NCBI GenBank assembly: GCA_963768055.1
Contig: CAVYGN010000002.1
Coordinates: 960,001 to 1,024,000 of the forward strand
From: an uncultured Spirochaetota bacterium
GTDB lineage: Bacteria > Spirochaetota > Brevinematia > Brevinematales > JAOACQ01
Direction: 5' to 3'
DNA: 64,000 nt
Below are positions 9,639 to 19,574 of this stretch, one piece after another. The notes below the pieces were generated by a model. The model had not been told where the DNA came from, did no database searches, and was given only the letters and a program-made list of their open reading frames with translations. The position numbers and the translations under genes are program-made. Every line of letters begins with the position of its first letter. Within the stretch, counting starts at the first letter, position 1.

Positions 9639-10430
9639 ATGCTTGTGACGATAGATATCGGCAATTCAAACATCAGTTTCGGGATCTTTCCGGGAACCGG
9701 AAAAGGAAAACCCGGAATTGAGCCTGAATTTTACGGAAATATCAGGACAGAAAAGACTATGACCACAGAAGAACTCGCCATAAAATTTTTAGATCTTTAC
9801 AAACTCTGGGGCCTTAACGAAAACGATTTTAAGGAAAAAGTGGTTATATCGAGTGTCGTTCCCCAGCTTGATTATGAATTTTTACATATGTTCGAGAAAT
9901 ATTATTATTCAAGTCCGTATTTTATTACTAAAAAGGATATACCTCTTACTATTAATTATGACTATCCCGATGAGATCGGGGCCGACAGGCTTGTTAACTC
10001 CTATGCCGGAAGTGTAATATATCCGGGTGAAAATTTGATCATTGTAGACTTCGGCACGGCTACTACCTTCGATGTATTGAAAGAAGGCCGTTCATACGAA
10101 GGGGGGCTCATAATGACCGGTATAATGACAAGCCTGAGAGCCCTTGAAGAAAATGCATCGAAGCTTCCTCATATCGATTTAAATCTTCCCTCGACGCTGA
10201 TTGCCAGGAATACCGTCGATGGAATACGTTCAGGCGTGATTAACGGGACCGGCGCCATGGTCGACGGACTTACCGTAAGGATAGCCGCCGAAATGGGATG
10301 GAAAAGTTACAAAGTTTTAGCGACCGGGGGTCTTTCGAAGCTTATTAAATCGTCTTCCGGATCGATCGACATGATAGACAGGCAGCTCACCTTAAAAGGC
10401 TTATATTTTTTATGGAATTTAAAAAACTGA
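9639..10430 (+). CDS. coaX: Type III pantothenate kinase
   Basis: IDIGNS, IGADR, VDFGTATT, ATGG, LTLKGL. Confidence 0.95.
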   Translation: MLVTIDIGNSNISFGIFPGTGKGKPGIEPEFYGNIRTEKTMTTEELAIKFLDLYKLWGLNENDFKEKVVISSVVPQLDYEFLHMFEKYYYSSPYFITKKDIPLTINYDYPDEIGADRLVNSYAGSVIYPGENLIIVDFGTATTFDVLKEGRSYEGGLIMTGIMTSLRALEENASKLPHIDLNLPSTLIARNTVDGIRSGVINGTGAMVDGLTVRIAAEMGWKSYKVLATGGLSKLIKSSSGSIDMIDRQLTLKGLYFLWNLKN

Positions 10431-11542
10431 TTATCTCTTTACTTGCTTCAGCATCCGTTTTTTTAATCCGGCCTGGTTTAATGGCGGATACTGCAATTTC
10501 CTTGCTATGTACGAAGCTGAATGCAGAATCGAAATATAATATCACCTACGGTTATGTAGACATGACCCGCCAGGGCCTATCCGTGAGGGTCTATCTTGCC
10601 CTGCCTTACATAGTCACAGGCGGCAGTATTTATTACATGAATACAATACCGTCGATAAACAAGAAGGGTGAGATCGAATTACCCGGTGAGTATGTCGCCA
10701 AGATAAGCGAATTATTTTCCGCAAGCAACTCGGTGCTGGAAAACATTAGCAGCAGCAGCATTTCAAGCGCTTCTACCAATGAAAAAGGTGACTTGGGGTA
10801 TAAGACCAATTATAATATAATGAACGAAGAAAAAGGATTTTTTCCCATCGACCTTGTAATTATCGATCCGGGCCATGGCGGTAAAGACCCGGGAGGGATA
10901 GGTTCGGAGGGAGTCAAGGAAAAAGAAATAGTACTTTCTGTCGCTAATATGGCCGGCCAATTCATTAAAAAGGATTGGAATATCCCTGTAGTTTTTACAA
11001 GGAAGGGAGATAATTATGTTTCCCTGAAAGACAGGACGGAAATCACTTCCATGTTATTAAAGAAAGGGAAAAATCCAATATTCGTAAGCATTCATGGGAA
11101 TATTTCCTTTAATAAAAACGTCAAGGGATTGGAGGTTTATTCCCTTTCCGACAGGGCCACTGACAATGAGGCCCTGGCTGTAGAAATGGTGGAAAATGCC
11201 GGTTATTCCAGGAGCGATATAGAAAAAACGGAAAACCTCAATTTTATTATCACCGACCTTCTCAAAGATTCTATCAGGAGGAATTCGGAGGATCTTTCAA
11301 AGGAAATCGGGTATTTTATAAGCAAATCCGGATTAACTGAACTTCGGGGGAACAAAAAAGCCAATTTTTATGTGCTGAAATATAATAGTATTCCATCCGT
11401 TTTGATCGAAATAGGGTATCTTTCAAATACAGATGAGGCAAGAAACCTGATTAACAGGGAGTATCAGAAAAAAATCGCTCGTGAAATAGCCAGGGGAATA
11501 AACGCTTTTATATCAAAATATAACAAAACGAGGGGTCTGTAA
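10412..11542 (+). CDS. N-acetylmuramoyl-L-alanine amidase (Amidase_3)
   Basis: IIDPGHGGKDPG, EKE, FVSIHGN, PSVLIEIGYLSN; N-terminal signal peptide. Confidence 0.93.
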   Translation: MEFKKLIISLLASASVFLIRPGLMADTAISLLCTKLNAESKYNITYGYVDMTRQGLSVRVYLALPYIVTGGSIYYMNTIPSINKKGEIELPGEYVAKISELFSASNSVLENISSSSISSASTNEKGDLGYKTNYNIMNEEKGFFPIDLVIIDPGHGGKDPGGIGSEGVKEKEIVLSVANMAGQFIKKDWNIPVVFTRKGDNYVSLKDRTEITSMLLKKGKNPIFVSIHGNISFNKNVKGLEVYSLSDRATDNEALAVEMVENAGYSRSDIEKTENLNFIITDLLKDSIRRNSEDLSKEIGYFISKSGLTELRGNKKANFYVLKYNSIPSVLIEIGYLSNTDEARNLINREYQKKIAREIARGINAFISKYNKTRGL

Positions 11543-11545
11543 AAA

Positions 11546-12067
11546 ATGACTTTTATAAAGAAATACAGTTCGGCGATCATATTATTCGCTTTATTTTCAA
11601 TATTTATTATTTGTGTAATATTTTTTACAAGGTCGATAGGTTCTTATCGTTTTTACTATCCTGACAATGACCTCAGGATTTTGAAATCAGAGCAGAGGCG
11701 CCTTTATAATCCCCTTTCATCGGGTGTTTCTAAGGAAGAGAAGATAATCAGGGAGTATTTTCTCGGGCCGATCAGGTATGACTTGAAGCTGCCCGTAAAG
11801 GAAAAGGTAAAAATTGAAAATATCTGGCTGATAGATTACGAGGGAAAAGAGGCGCTTGTTATTAACTTTAATGCCGATTTCCTTGATTTTGTTCAATCTG
11901 ACAGGGAAGACGCAATGTGGGTGATGGAAGGCCTTATTGAAACTATTAAGGCGGATACATCCGTTGAAAAACTCAATATATACGCGGACGATAAGCCCGT
12001 GCGGACCAGGCTGGGAAACTTGAACCTGGCTAACACTATCCTGCTTATAAAGAAAATAAAAAAATAA
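11546..12067 (+). CDS. Membrane-anchored protein, GerMN-like
   Basis: N-terminal TM, 'FYYP..LKSEQR', 'EYFLGP'; follows the amidase, as GerMN genes often do. Confidence 0.55.
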   Translation: MTFIKKYSSAIILFALFSIFIICVIFFTRSIGSYRFYYPDNDLRILKSEQRRLYNPLSSGVSKEEKIIREYFLGPIRYDLKLPVKEKVKIENIWLIDYEGKEALVINFNADFLDFVQSDREDAMWVMEGLIETIKADTSVEKLNIYADDKPVRTRLGNLNLANTILLIKKIKK

Positions 12068-12142
12068 TTATAGAAGCGATTAAACTTCTATATATCTGTT
12101 TCCGATCATTATGTTAAATAAGGGGCCTAGTCCTTATTGGGA

Positions 12143-12169
12143 TTATCGGATTAAGCGTTAAATCCTTTA
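12143..12169 (-). promoter_or_regulatory. sigma28 (FliA)-type promoter, divergent from flaA
   Basis: Minus strand reads TAAA-GGATTTAACGCTTAA(15 nt)-TCCGATAA; consensus is TAAA-N15-GCCGATAA. Confidence 0.55.
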
Positions 12170-12187
12170 GTTAAATAAAAAAAAATA

Positions 12188-12215
12188 TTGACATATTTTA
12201 AATTAGTAATAGAAT
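12188..12215 (+). promoter_or_regulatory. sigma70 promoter of flaA
   Basis: TTGACA, 16 bp, TAGAAT, with an AT-rich UP-like tract upstream; AAGGAG RBS before flaA. Confidence 0.7.
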
Positions 12216-12257
12216 ATTTAAACTTTCAGAAGAATTCTTTTTTAAAGGAGTGGATAT

Positions 12258-13301
12258 ATGAAAAAAGGAGTTGTGTGGTTATATGCGGGTGTGTTTTTAA
12301 TGACGATGAGTTCTGTTTCTTTCTCTGCCGTTATAAAAACTCTGATTGACTTCAATGTTTTTGACTCGAATATATCTATAGTGGCTGAGAGAGATAAAAC
12401 AATTCATTCCAATATGGTTCAAAAGGGTAAAGCAGTTGATTTTACCCAATATGGATATCCCGAGGTAGAATTTACAGGAGCTGACTGGGCCTTAGACAAA
12501 TGGAAAGTCACTCTGGCATCATCGGCCAATACTGTAAGGAATAACGTACTTTCTTACGTGATGAAAGTCCCTAGCAAAAAGTTCGGCGATGTTCTCGGCG
12601 CAAGGATCCACTTTATTGAAGGAAGGTTCCTTTCATGGGCAACTATCGCACCTCCTTTCGAATTTTTTCCCTACTATGACGATGGTTCAAATGTAAATGT
12701 CAACGCCCAGAATGAAGAAAACAGCTTTGTCATGGGCATTCTTATGAATGTTGGCCAGATCAAATCGGTATCGTCATGGATTTATGGATTAAACTACCAG
12801 ATGCAGGCCGGGGTCAGGATGCGCGACAGAAATGATCAAGTCCAGGACTATTTTATGGGTTCCGTTTATTACGACGGGTGGAGAAAACTTGTTTGGTCGA
12901 ATCCCGAATATACGGAATCGATCCAAGACAGGGTACTTCAGAGGATCGCTTTATATCCCAGGAGTTATCCTTATATAGCTTTCGATTCTTTTATAGTTTA
13001 TAAACCTGAAACTGAGAATGGCGGTGATTTCGTTATTTATTTCAAGGATGTCGATGTTGAATACGACAGGGCGATAATCCGTGAGGAACTTGATATAGAC
13101 GATGAAGCGGCTTGGGGTATACTGCAGGCCGAAAGGCTTAAAAAGAGGGTCAGCGACCTGAAAAATATCGGTGAAAAGATCTATCTCTACAAACAGGAAC
13201 TCAAACGGCAGGGCGCGGCTACAAATCAGAACAATCCGGTCACTCCCAAGACAGCCACAACTTCTACTGCAACAACTAACACGACGACAACAAATAAATA
13301 G
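12258..13301 (+). CDS. flaA: Flagellar filament outer layer (sheath) protein FlaA
   Basis: Signal peptide, LIDF, W.V.LASSA, LGARIHF, NVGQIKSV..W.YG.NY, GWRKLVW.NP.Y, GGDFV.YFKDV...YDRA, DIDDE..WGIL. Confidence 0.92.
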   Translation: MKKGVVWLYAGVFLMTMSSVSFSAVIKTLIDFNVFDSNISIVAERDKTIHSNMVQKGKAVDFTQYGYPEVEFTGADWALDKWKVTLASSANTVRNNVLSYVMKVPSKKFGDVLGARIHFIEGRFLSWATIAPPFEFFPYYDDGSNVNVNAQNEENSFVMGILMNVGQIKSVSSWIYGLNYQMQAGVRMRDRNDQVQDYFMGSVYYDGWRKLVWSNPEYTESIQDRVLQRIALYPRSYPYIAFDSFIVYKPETENGGDFVIYFKDVDVEYDRAIIREELDIDDEAAWGILQAERLKKRVSDLKNIGEKIYLYKQELKRQGAATNQNNPVTPKTATTSTATTNTTTTNK

Positions 13302-13317
13302 TATTTCAAGTTAACAT

Positions 13318-13352
13318 AAACCCCGCCCCTTAAAAAGAGGCGGGGTTTTTTT
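13318..13352. terminator. Intrinsic terminator between convergent flaA and maf genes
   Basis: AAACCCCGCC..GGCGGGGTTT stem followed by a T-run on the + strand. Confidence 0.85.
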
Positions 13353-13353
13353 G

Positions 13354-15099
13354 TTATTTCAAAGATTCCTGCGACAACCTTTTATCGATAAGTCGCCTGA
13401 TATAACCCAGTCCTTCTGAGGCTTCTGCATACAAAGAACGCCAGGCTTCGAGGGTTTCCGGGCTTAAAGCCCCCACATCGTTCAATAAAGAAACCCTTTC
13501 TATGGATTCCTGCATTGTAAATTCGATCAGACGGGCCAGGAGCGTTCTTTCCCTTGTGCATTTTAAAAATAGAATATCGAATTGTGTCATTATTTGAAAT
13601 TCTTCAGAGGGATCGGTTTTATTATTAAATTTAAGTATCGCCCGGTTTGAAGCGTAATAAGCCTTTATTGAGGAATCCTCTATTTTTCCTATCTCCGACT
13701 TGACCTCTTTCAGGGTTTCAAGAAACCTCGAATCATCGAGACGCTGGATCCCGCCATGGATCTTCTTATTTAACGGCGGTTCCAGGTCAAGCCCATTTAA
13801 GGCGTCTATTAATGGAATATGGTTCGCGCCTGATATCAGCGCTCCTCCCTCTGACGAGTTTATTACCCTGGCGCTGGTTTCTTTGATTTCTTTTTTAAAC
13901 CAATCCAGGAACGTTAAAAATTTTCTGTCTGTCGGCACTATTGCCGAGTTCCATCCCTCTATCTCGATCCTGTCGGAAAGAATAAGCATCTTTGAATTAT
14001 AGTTTTCGTACGTCTCAAAGCGGTTAACCCTGTAATAGAGAAATTCTTCGAGAATGCTTCCCCTGATATGGGTCTCTCTATTGGGATAAGAAAGGTCCTG
14101 CCCGATAAAAATTATGGGATCGCAGTTCAAAAACCTCGCGAGATCAAAAGCTGTGGTTGAAACCGATCCTCCGCAAGCAAGAAACCCCTTATCTCCCCAG
14201 AAATTCTTAAGTTCGTTATATATCGGGAAAATAGAATCGTAGATTACAGTCTTTTCAGGGTTGTATTTCAAAAAACTTATAAATGAAGCTGCGGAGTCGA
14301 TCACAAGCGTGGCTCTGCTGTTGAAAGCGTATAAAAGGTAAAGCGAGTTTTTATCCTGAGGGTCGACGCTTACAATAAAATCCGCGAGGATACCCTTATT
14401 ACAGAGATTAATATACGCGGTATCAGTGGAAATCACTACGACTTTATCCTGATATTTTTTAAGGGTTTCTATGTTTTTCGAGAGGGAGGGGCCTGCACCG
14501 ACAATTACTGCGGGTTTACCGGCAAGGTAGTGTTTTATATCGTTAATGCCCGGCAAAATGAAGTAGTATGAAGAATTTTTTATGATGTTCCTGAGCCACA
14601 CTTTCTGGAACCTTTTCAATGTAGTCTTATTGATCTGTTTTTTCGAAAGATAAGCCGCGATTATCCCCTCCAGAGATGTCATTATATCCGGGAAGAGGCT
14701 AAAATAAGGGCGGTGAATATAAAAGCTTAGTTCTTTAATACCGTTCGTGTCAAGAAAATCTATTACGCTTGCCTTGTCATGTTTTATCAGGTTAACCCTT
14801 GGATCAGATAGGACATTTTTAATTTCAGGCGACTTTTCTGCGGCTTCAAGAATATCATCAACAGGCTCGAAAACAATGACTTTGAAAGATGTGTGCTTCA
14901 GCATATAATCGATTATATAACCCAATCCGAATCCGGCGATCAGAACCCAGGATATTTCGGGATTAAAATTTCTGACGACTCTTTCTGCTTCCCTGTAAGG
15001 CTGATTCGAATGGAGCATAAACGACCGGCCGCTTACATGTATCTTCGCGTTTCTGAGCCCTTCGCTGGTTTCCAGCAATTCGATCGAATATGAAATCAT
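13354..15099 (-). CDS. Motility-associated factor (Maf/DUF115, MptE-like) flagellin glycosyltransferase family
   Basis: LHS..P.REA, VGAGPSL, DF.VSVDP, GGSVST.AFDLA, IIFIGQDLSY...TH, VINSSEGGA.I. Confidence 0.85.
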   Translation of the reverse strand: MISYSIELLETSEGLRNAKIHVSGRSFMLHSNQPYREAERVVRNFNPEISWVLIAGFGLGYIIDYMLKHTSFKVIVFEPVDDILEAAEKSPEIKNVLSDPRVNLIKHDKASVIDFLDTNGIKELSFYIHRPYFSLFPDIMTSLEGIIAAYLSKKQINKTTLKRFQKVWLRNIIKNSSYYFILPGINDIKHYLAGKPAVIVGAGPSLSKNIETLKKYQDKVVVISTDTAYINLCNKGILADFIVSVDPQDKNSLYLLYAFNSRATLVIDSAASFISFLKYNPEKTVIYDSIFPIYNELKNFWGDKGFLACGGSVSTTAFDLARFLNCDPIIFIGQDLSYPNRETHIRGSILEEFLYYRVNRFETYENYNSKMLILSDRIEIEGWNSAIVPTDRKFLTFLDWFKKEIKETSARVINSSEGGALISGANHIPLIDALNGLDLEPPLNKKIHGGIQRLDDSRFLETLKEVKSEIGKIEDSSIKAYYASNRAILKFNNKTDPSEEFQIMTQFDILFLKCTRERTLLARLIEFTMQESIERVSLLNDVGALSPETLEAWRSLYAEASEGLGYIRRLIDKRLSQESLK

Positions 15100-15137
15100 A
15101 ATCGGACTTCCTTTTACGTATAATTCTCCACATCTTT

Positions 15138-16733
15138 TTATTCGTTTGTAAAAAAGGAGGTCGAAGTTATCATGCGCCTTATTATATTTGCAAAAACCGG
15201 GGCAGCAACAAGCCCTCCGTAATGGTTGTCCCCATGCGGCCTGCTTATCACGACAACAACTGTGTACCTTGGTTTATTCGAGGGGACGTACCCGATAAAT
15301 ACAGCGTTGAAAAGGTCTTTGTAATAACCGGCGCCTTTCTCTTTAGCGATCTGCCCTGTCCCTGTTTTTCCGGCTATTGTTATTCCCTCGATTTTAGCCT
15401 TTATAGCCGTCCCTTTTTCGCTTACTACCTTTTCCATCATCGATAAAAGCATCCTGCTTGTTTCCGGTGAGATGACCTGGAATCTTATTATATCCGGTTT
15501 GTAAATATTATTTCCCTTGTCATCGATAATGCCGCGGATGAGAACCGGAGTTTTATATACCCCTTCGTCGGCAATGACGCTTGAAGCGATTGACAATTGA
15601 AGGGCATTGACGGAGATTTCCTGACCTATGGCGATCATATATTTCGATAGGATGGACCATTTCTCCGGGGGCCTTAGAATGCCGCTCGAATTTTCAAATA
15701 GGGGAAGGGGAATGTTTTCTCCAAAACCGAATCTCTTGAGGAAATTATAAAATTCATGCTTACTGAATTTATCGGCGATCTGGACCATACCTACATTGCA
15801 CGATTTCTGGATAATAGCGGTCAAGTCTACCTTGCCGTGGGGGGTTTCGCATGTAAAAGTGTGATCCTCTACTGCAGCAAAACCGGAACAGTCATAAACC
15901 GGATATGTGGGCGTTACGAATTTATTTTCGAGGGCAAAAGCCGCGCTGAATTGTTTCATGACAGAGCCCGGTTCGAAGGGACTGGAATTTGCCCTTGATT
16001 GAAGGTTAAAAGTAGTTATGCTTTTTAAATCATTCGGATCATAAGAGGGGTAATTAACGATTGAAAGAATATCCATTGTACTGTTGTCAATTATAACCGC
16101 GCTTCCATATTCCGCTTTATTCTCGATGATTCCTTTTTTAAGTTCATCGAATACGATCGCCGATAATTCGGCGTCCAGGGTAGTGTAGATCGAATATCCT
16201 TTGCTTAAATAATTGTTCATGGAAAGTTCCAGGCCTGAAAGGCCTGTATTGTCAATCCCGACTACTCCGACAGCATGGGTCGTAGCCGAAGATGTGTAAA
16301 ACCGGCCCTCCTCAGTTATGACCCCGAGTTCATCATGAACAATAATATTGCTTTTTCTGAGAATGGAAACCATTTCCCTGTAAGGAGCACTTTCATTTAA
16401 CGACATTTTTCTTTTAAGCCAGATAAAACTTTTGTTATCGTTTAAAAAAGATGCCTCGTTTGTCAGTTTAAAAGTGTTTGCCAGAAGCCTGTAAAGATCC
16501 TGTTTTAAGGCAGCGTTCATTGATTTAGGCCTTGCGTAAAGGGAATAAAAAGACGAACTCACTGCAAGTTCCCTGGAATTTCTATCAATTATAGACCCCC
16601 GCGTGTTAGGGGTGACGAGCAGGTTTTTCAAACGAGGGTCTGGAAAAAGGGATATCGATATTATCCTGATCTGCAGCAGGATAAAGTATAAAATGAATAA
16701 AAAGAAAATAACTACGATCCTGTTCTGGCGCAT
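15138..16733 (-). CDS. ftsI: Class B penicillin-binding protein (FtsI-like transpeptidase)
   Basis: RGSIIDRN, GLSGLE, EPGSVMK (SxxK), SCN, KTGTGQ. Confidence 0.8.
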   Translation of the reverse strand: MRQNRIVVIFFLFILYFILLQIRIISISLFPDPRLKNLLVTPNTRGSIIDRNSRELAVSSSFYSLYARPKSMNAALKQDLYRLLANTFKLTNEASFLNDNKSFIWLKRKMSLNESAPYREMVSILRKSNIIVHDELGVITEEGRFYTSSATTHAVGVVGIDNTGLSGLELSMNNYLSKGYSIYTTLDAELSAIVFDELKKGIIENKAEYGSAVIIDNSTMDILSIVNYPSYDPNDLKSITTFNLQSRANSSPFEPGSVMKQFSAAFALENKFVTPTYPVYDCSGFAAVEDHTFTCETPHGKVDLTAIIQKSCNVGMVQIADKFSKHEFYNFLKRFGFGENIPLPLFENSSGILRPPEKWSILSKYMIAIGQEISVNALQLSIASSVIADEGVYKTPVLIRGIIDDKGNNIYKPDIIRFQVISPETSRMLLSMMEKVVSEKGTAIKAKIEGITIAGKTGTGQIAKEKGAGYYKDLFNAVFIGYVPSNKPRYTVVVVISRPHGDNHYGGLVAAPVFANIIRRMITSTSFFTNE

Positions 16734-16918
16734 TATTGATCCTTGCTTAGCATGTCGAACGGTTTACCGGGATTATTCGTGTAATTCCCGTCCTCAAGAC
16801 ATAATTATAAGATGATTTCAAAGATAGTTCCAAAATATTAATCCGCGATGTTTACTGTTTTCCTGCTTCCCTTAATTTATAAAGGCCTTATTCCGAAAAT
16901 TAACTGCGGGGAGGAATT

Positions 16919-18322
16919 ATGCCGTCTTTTTTAAGCATGTTGCTGTTTATTTTATATAAAGCAGGGATTATAGGAATATATTATTTTTCCATTCAATATT
17001 ATAAACTGCGTTTCGATATCATAGCCTTTTATTTTTATCTTTTCCTGACATTTTTCCAGTTTTTATTTATCATCTTCCAGGCATTTTCCGGGGAAGACAA
17101 AAAAAAGCCTGAGACCACTGTTCAATACAGCGCGATTTTCCAATATACTCCTATAATTACCATGATGATGGAAATCCTTATTCTCGGACTAACCAGCTAT
17201 TATTTATATAATCTTGAGAACGACCTCATGACTTTACTTTTTGTCTTTACAGCCCTTATCCCGGTACACACGGTCTATTATTACCTCTTTTCCATGATTT
17301 TCGGGTTTATTATAAAAAAAAGAAATGTCAGGGTCAAAGGGGCAAGCCTTTTTCCGATCTTTTTATTTACAATAATTACATTTTTGGAGCCGGCCGCGTA
17401 TATTTTTTTCAAATACTTTTACAGCGGAAAAGAAAATTTATTAAATTTACAGACCTTGAATTCAGGTATGAATATGACCAGGATCGATATTATACTGTTT
17501 GTCATTATCATGATTTTAAACAGCATCGTGGTTTTTCTTTTCTTTTATTATAAGGAAACCAAAGCCAAAAAAATATACTCTCTGATCGGAAATCTTTCAC
17601 TGGTATCAGCGGGAGAAAAAATAAAGATCGATGATGCAAACGAATTCGGGTATATTGAATCGGGATTGATGGAATTCCAGGACAGGCTGATCGGGGAAAA
17701 GGGAAATATTACGCTCCTGAATGACTATATTTCAAAAAATATAAGGGATGAAATAACCAAAAGCGGACTGATCCTGGAAGGGGAAGAAAAGACCGCAGCG
17801 GTAGCCACAATAAGGTTTAAGTTTTCCCTGTCCGAGTATACGCCGGAAAAATATATAAAAATGACGAATAGTATTTTTACATTGATCGGAGAATATGCGG
17901 ATGAATATGAGGCCTATCCCTTTTTTCAACTGAATAAGGCGGTAGTAGTCTACGGGGTTCCATATTATTATGAACATGAGAAATTTAACGCGATAGAGGC
18001 TACACAGGAAACGATTATCGATATTGAGAGTTTGATAAAAAACGAAGGGGGTGAGATCGCAATTCACTCCGGACTATTCAGCGGCACTGTTGTCGTCGGG
18101 GCTTTCAATACGAAAGGGAGAGGCCTTAAGGAGTATTCGGTCGCCGGAAGCGGTGTGGAATTGTCCGAAAGAATCGCCCTGGCGGCGGAAAATATAGACG
18201 TCAAAATGCTTGTAGGATCCGGGATGGTGGAAAGCCTTAAAAATAAATTCTATCCGGAAAAGAGTTTCAAACTTAAATTAAAAAATAACGAGGAAATTGT
18301 AGTCTCATCTTTAAAGGTGTAG
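16919..18322 (+). CDS. Membrane protein with degenerate class III adenylate/guanylate cyclase-like domain
   Basis: ~6 TM, HAMP-like 'ANEFGYI', then GEEK.., GLFSGTVVVG, EYSVAGSGVELSERI matching the cyclase pattern without the metal-binding Asp residues. Confidence 0.7.
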   Translation: MPSFLSMLLFILYKAGIIGIYYFSIQYYKLRFDIIAFYFYLFLTFFQFLFIIFQAFSGEDKKKPETTVQYSAIFQYTPIITMMMEILILGLTSYYLYNLENDLMTLLFVFTALIPVHTVYYYLFSMIFGFIIKKRNVRVKGASLFPIFLFTIITFLEPAAYIFFKYFYSGKENLLNLQTLNSGMNMTRIDIILFVIIMILNSIVVFLFFYYKETKAKKIYSLIGNLSLVSAGEKIKIDDANEFGYIESGLMEFQDRLIGEKGNITLLNDYISKNIRDEITKSGLILEGEEKTAAVATIRFKFSLSEYTPEKYIKMTNSIFTLIGEYADEYEAYPFFQLNKAVVVYGVPYYYEHEKFNAIEATQETIIDIESLIKNEGGEIAIHSGLFSGTVVVGAFNTKGRGLKEYSVAGSGVELSERIALAAENIDVKMLVGSGMVESLKNKFYPEKSFKLKLKNNEEIVVSSLKV

Positions 18323-18326
18323 TTGA

Positions 18327-18776
18327 TCAGAGGTTTTTCAGCATTTCAGAGACCGTATTTTTGACCGCGGCGCCTTCAGCCCTTCCCCTGACCCGGGACA
18401 TTACTTCTTTCATAACCTTGCCAATATCCGCGGGGGACGAAGCCTCGAGTTCTTGAATAACCTGGCCGGTAATATCCGTAAGCTCTTTTTCAGTAAGGGC
18501 CGGCGGCAGCAGGGTCGACAGGTACTCTATTTCCGCTTTTTCCTTGTCGGAAAGATCGGTACGGTTTGCGCTTATATATTCCTGCGTCACCTCTTTTTTT
18601 TGCTTGACGGTCTTTTGTATGAAGGCAAGAATGTCTTCATCGGTTAGTTCTTTCTTTTTGTTTATTACCTCGTATTTGAGGTCCGAAACAAGCATTGACA
18701 AAACGCCCGTAAGAAACTTGTCCTGTTTCTTCCTTGCATCGATATATTTTCTTTCAATATCTTCAAATAAACTCAT
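18327..18776 (-). CDS. yqeY: GatB/YqeY domain protein
   Basis: ANRTDL..KE.AEI.YL...LP, DIGKVMKEVM..V.GRAEG; downstream of rpsU. Confidence 0.92.
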   Translation of the reverse strand: MSLFEDIERKYIDARKKQDKFLTGVLSMLVSDLKYEVINKKKELTDEDILAFIQKTVKQKKEVTQEYISANRTDLSDKEKAEIEYLSTLLPPALTEKELTDITGQVIQELEASSPADIGKVMKEVMSRVRGRAEGAAVKNTVSEMLKNL

Positions 18777-18787
18777 TCAAAATCTCT

Positions 18788-19000
18788 TTAGATATAACGG
18801 CTCATAAGCCGCATTTTACGGATTTTTTTTTCAATTTTGCGCTGAACGGTTGAGATTTTTTTCTTTCTTGACTCGGACGGTTTTTCATAAAAACGATGTT
18901 TTTTTTCTTCGGTAAGGATGCCATCTTTTTCTACTTCTTTTTTGAACCTTTTTAAGGCTGAATCGACCGTTTCATTATCTCTTACATCGACAAGGAGCAT
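18788..19000 (-). CDS. rpsU: 30S ribosomal protein S21
   Basis: ETVDSALKRFKK, RFYEKPSE; GAGGTG RBS before ATG 19000. Confidence 0.95.
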   Translation of the reverse strand: MLLVDVRDNETVDSALKRFKKEVEKDGILTEEKKHRFYEKPSESRKKKISTVQRKIEKKIRKMRLMSRYI

Positions 19001-19031
19001 TAATATCACCTCTTTTATAAATTTTAACAAC

Positions 19032-19373
19032 TTATCCCGGGGGCCATCCAAAGACCCTGCCGCCCAGGAGATGAAAATGAATATGGAAAACGGACTGGAG
19101 AGCGTCCCTGTTGCAGTTTGCGACGACCCTGAAACCGCTCCGGTCTATATTCATTTCCGCGGCTATTTTTTGAACAGCCTTGAAAAGGTCCATATATACC
19201 GAATAATCGGCCACATCATTCAATGTTGGGATGTGGACCTTGGGAATAATAATAATATGTACAGGCGCCTGCGGATTGACATCTTTAAACGCCAGAACCT
19301 TCTCATTCTCAAATACTATGTTTGAAGGTATTTCCCTGCTGATTATTTTACAAAAAATACAATCGGCAGCCAT
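19032..19373 (-). CDS. Histidine triad (HIT) nucleotide-binding protein
   Basis: DCIFCKI, PQAPVH, HIHFHLLGGR..WPPG. Confidence 0.95.
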   Translation of the reverse strand: MAADCIFCKIISREIPSNIVFENEKVLAFKDVNPQAPVHIIIIPKVHIPTLNDVADYSVYMDLFKAVQKIAAEMNIDRSGFRVVANCNRDALQSVFHIHFHLLGGRVFGWPPG

Positions 19374-19574
19374 TTTATACCCCATAAATAAGTTATATAT
19401 TATAATTCAGGACATATTATTATGCAAAAAATATGTGTAAAAATATATACAAAAATTCTTGACATATCCAAAATTAAGATTAATATTATTATGCTAAATT
19501 TGATGCGGATATTTAGAGCTCGGTAAATACTTTATAAAAAAGGATTTGCGGCAATTTAACATAGGAGCAAGGGT

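Noticed and set aside
16734..16918. ftsL or the rest of a dcw cluster upstream of the class B PBP
   Set aside because: No suitable minus-strand ORF was found in this gap, so the ftsI symbol rests on protein motifs only.
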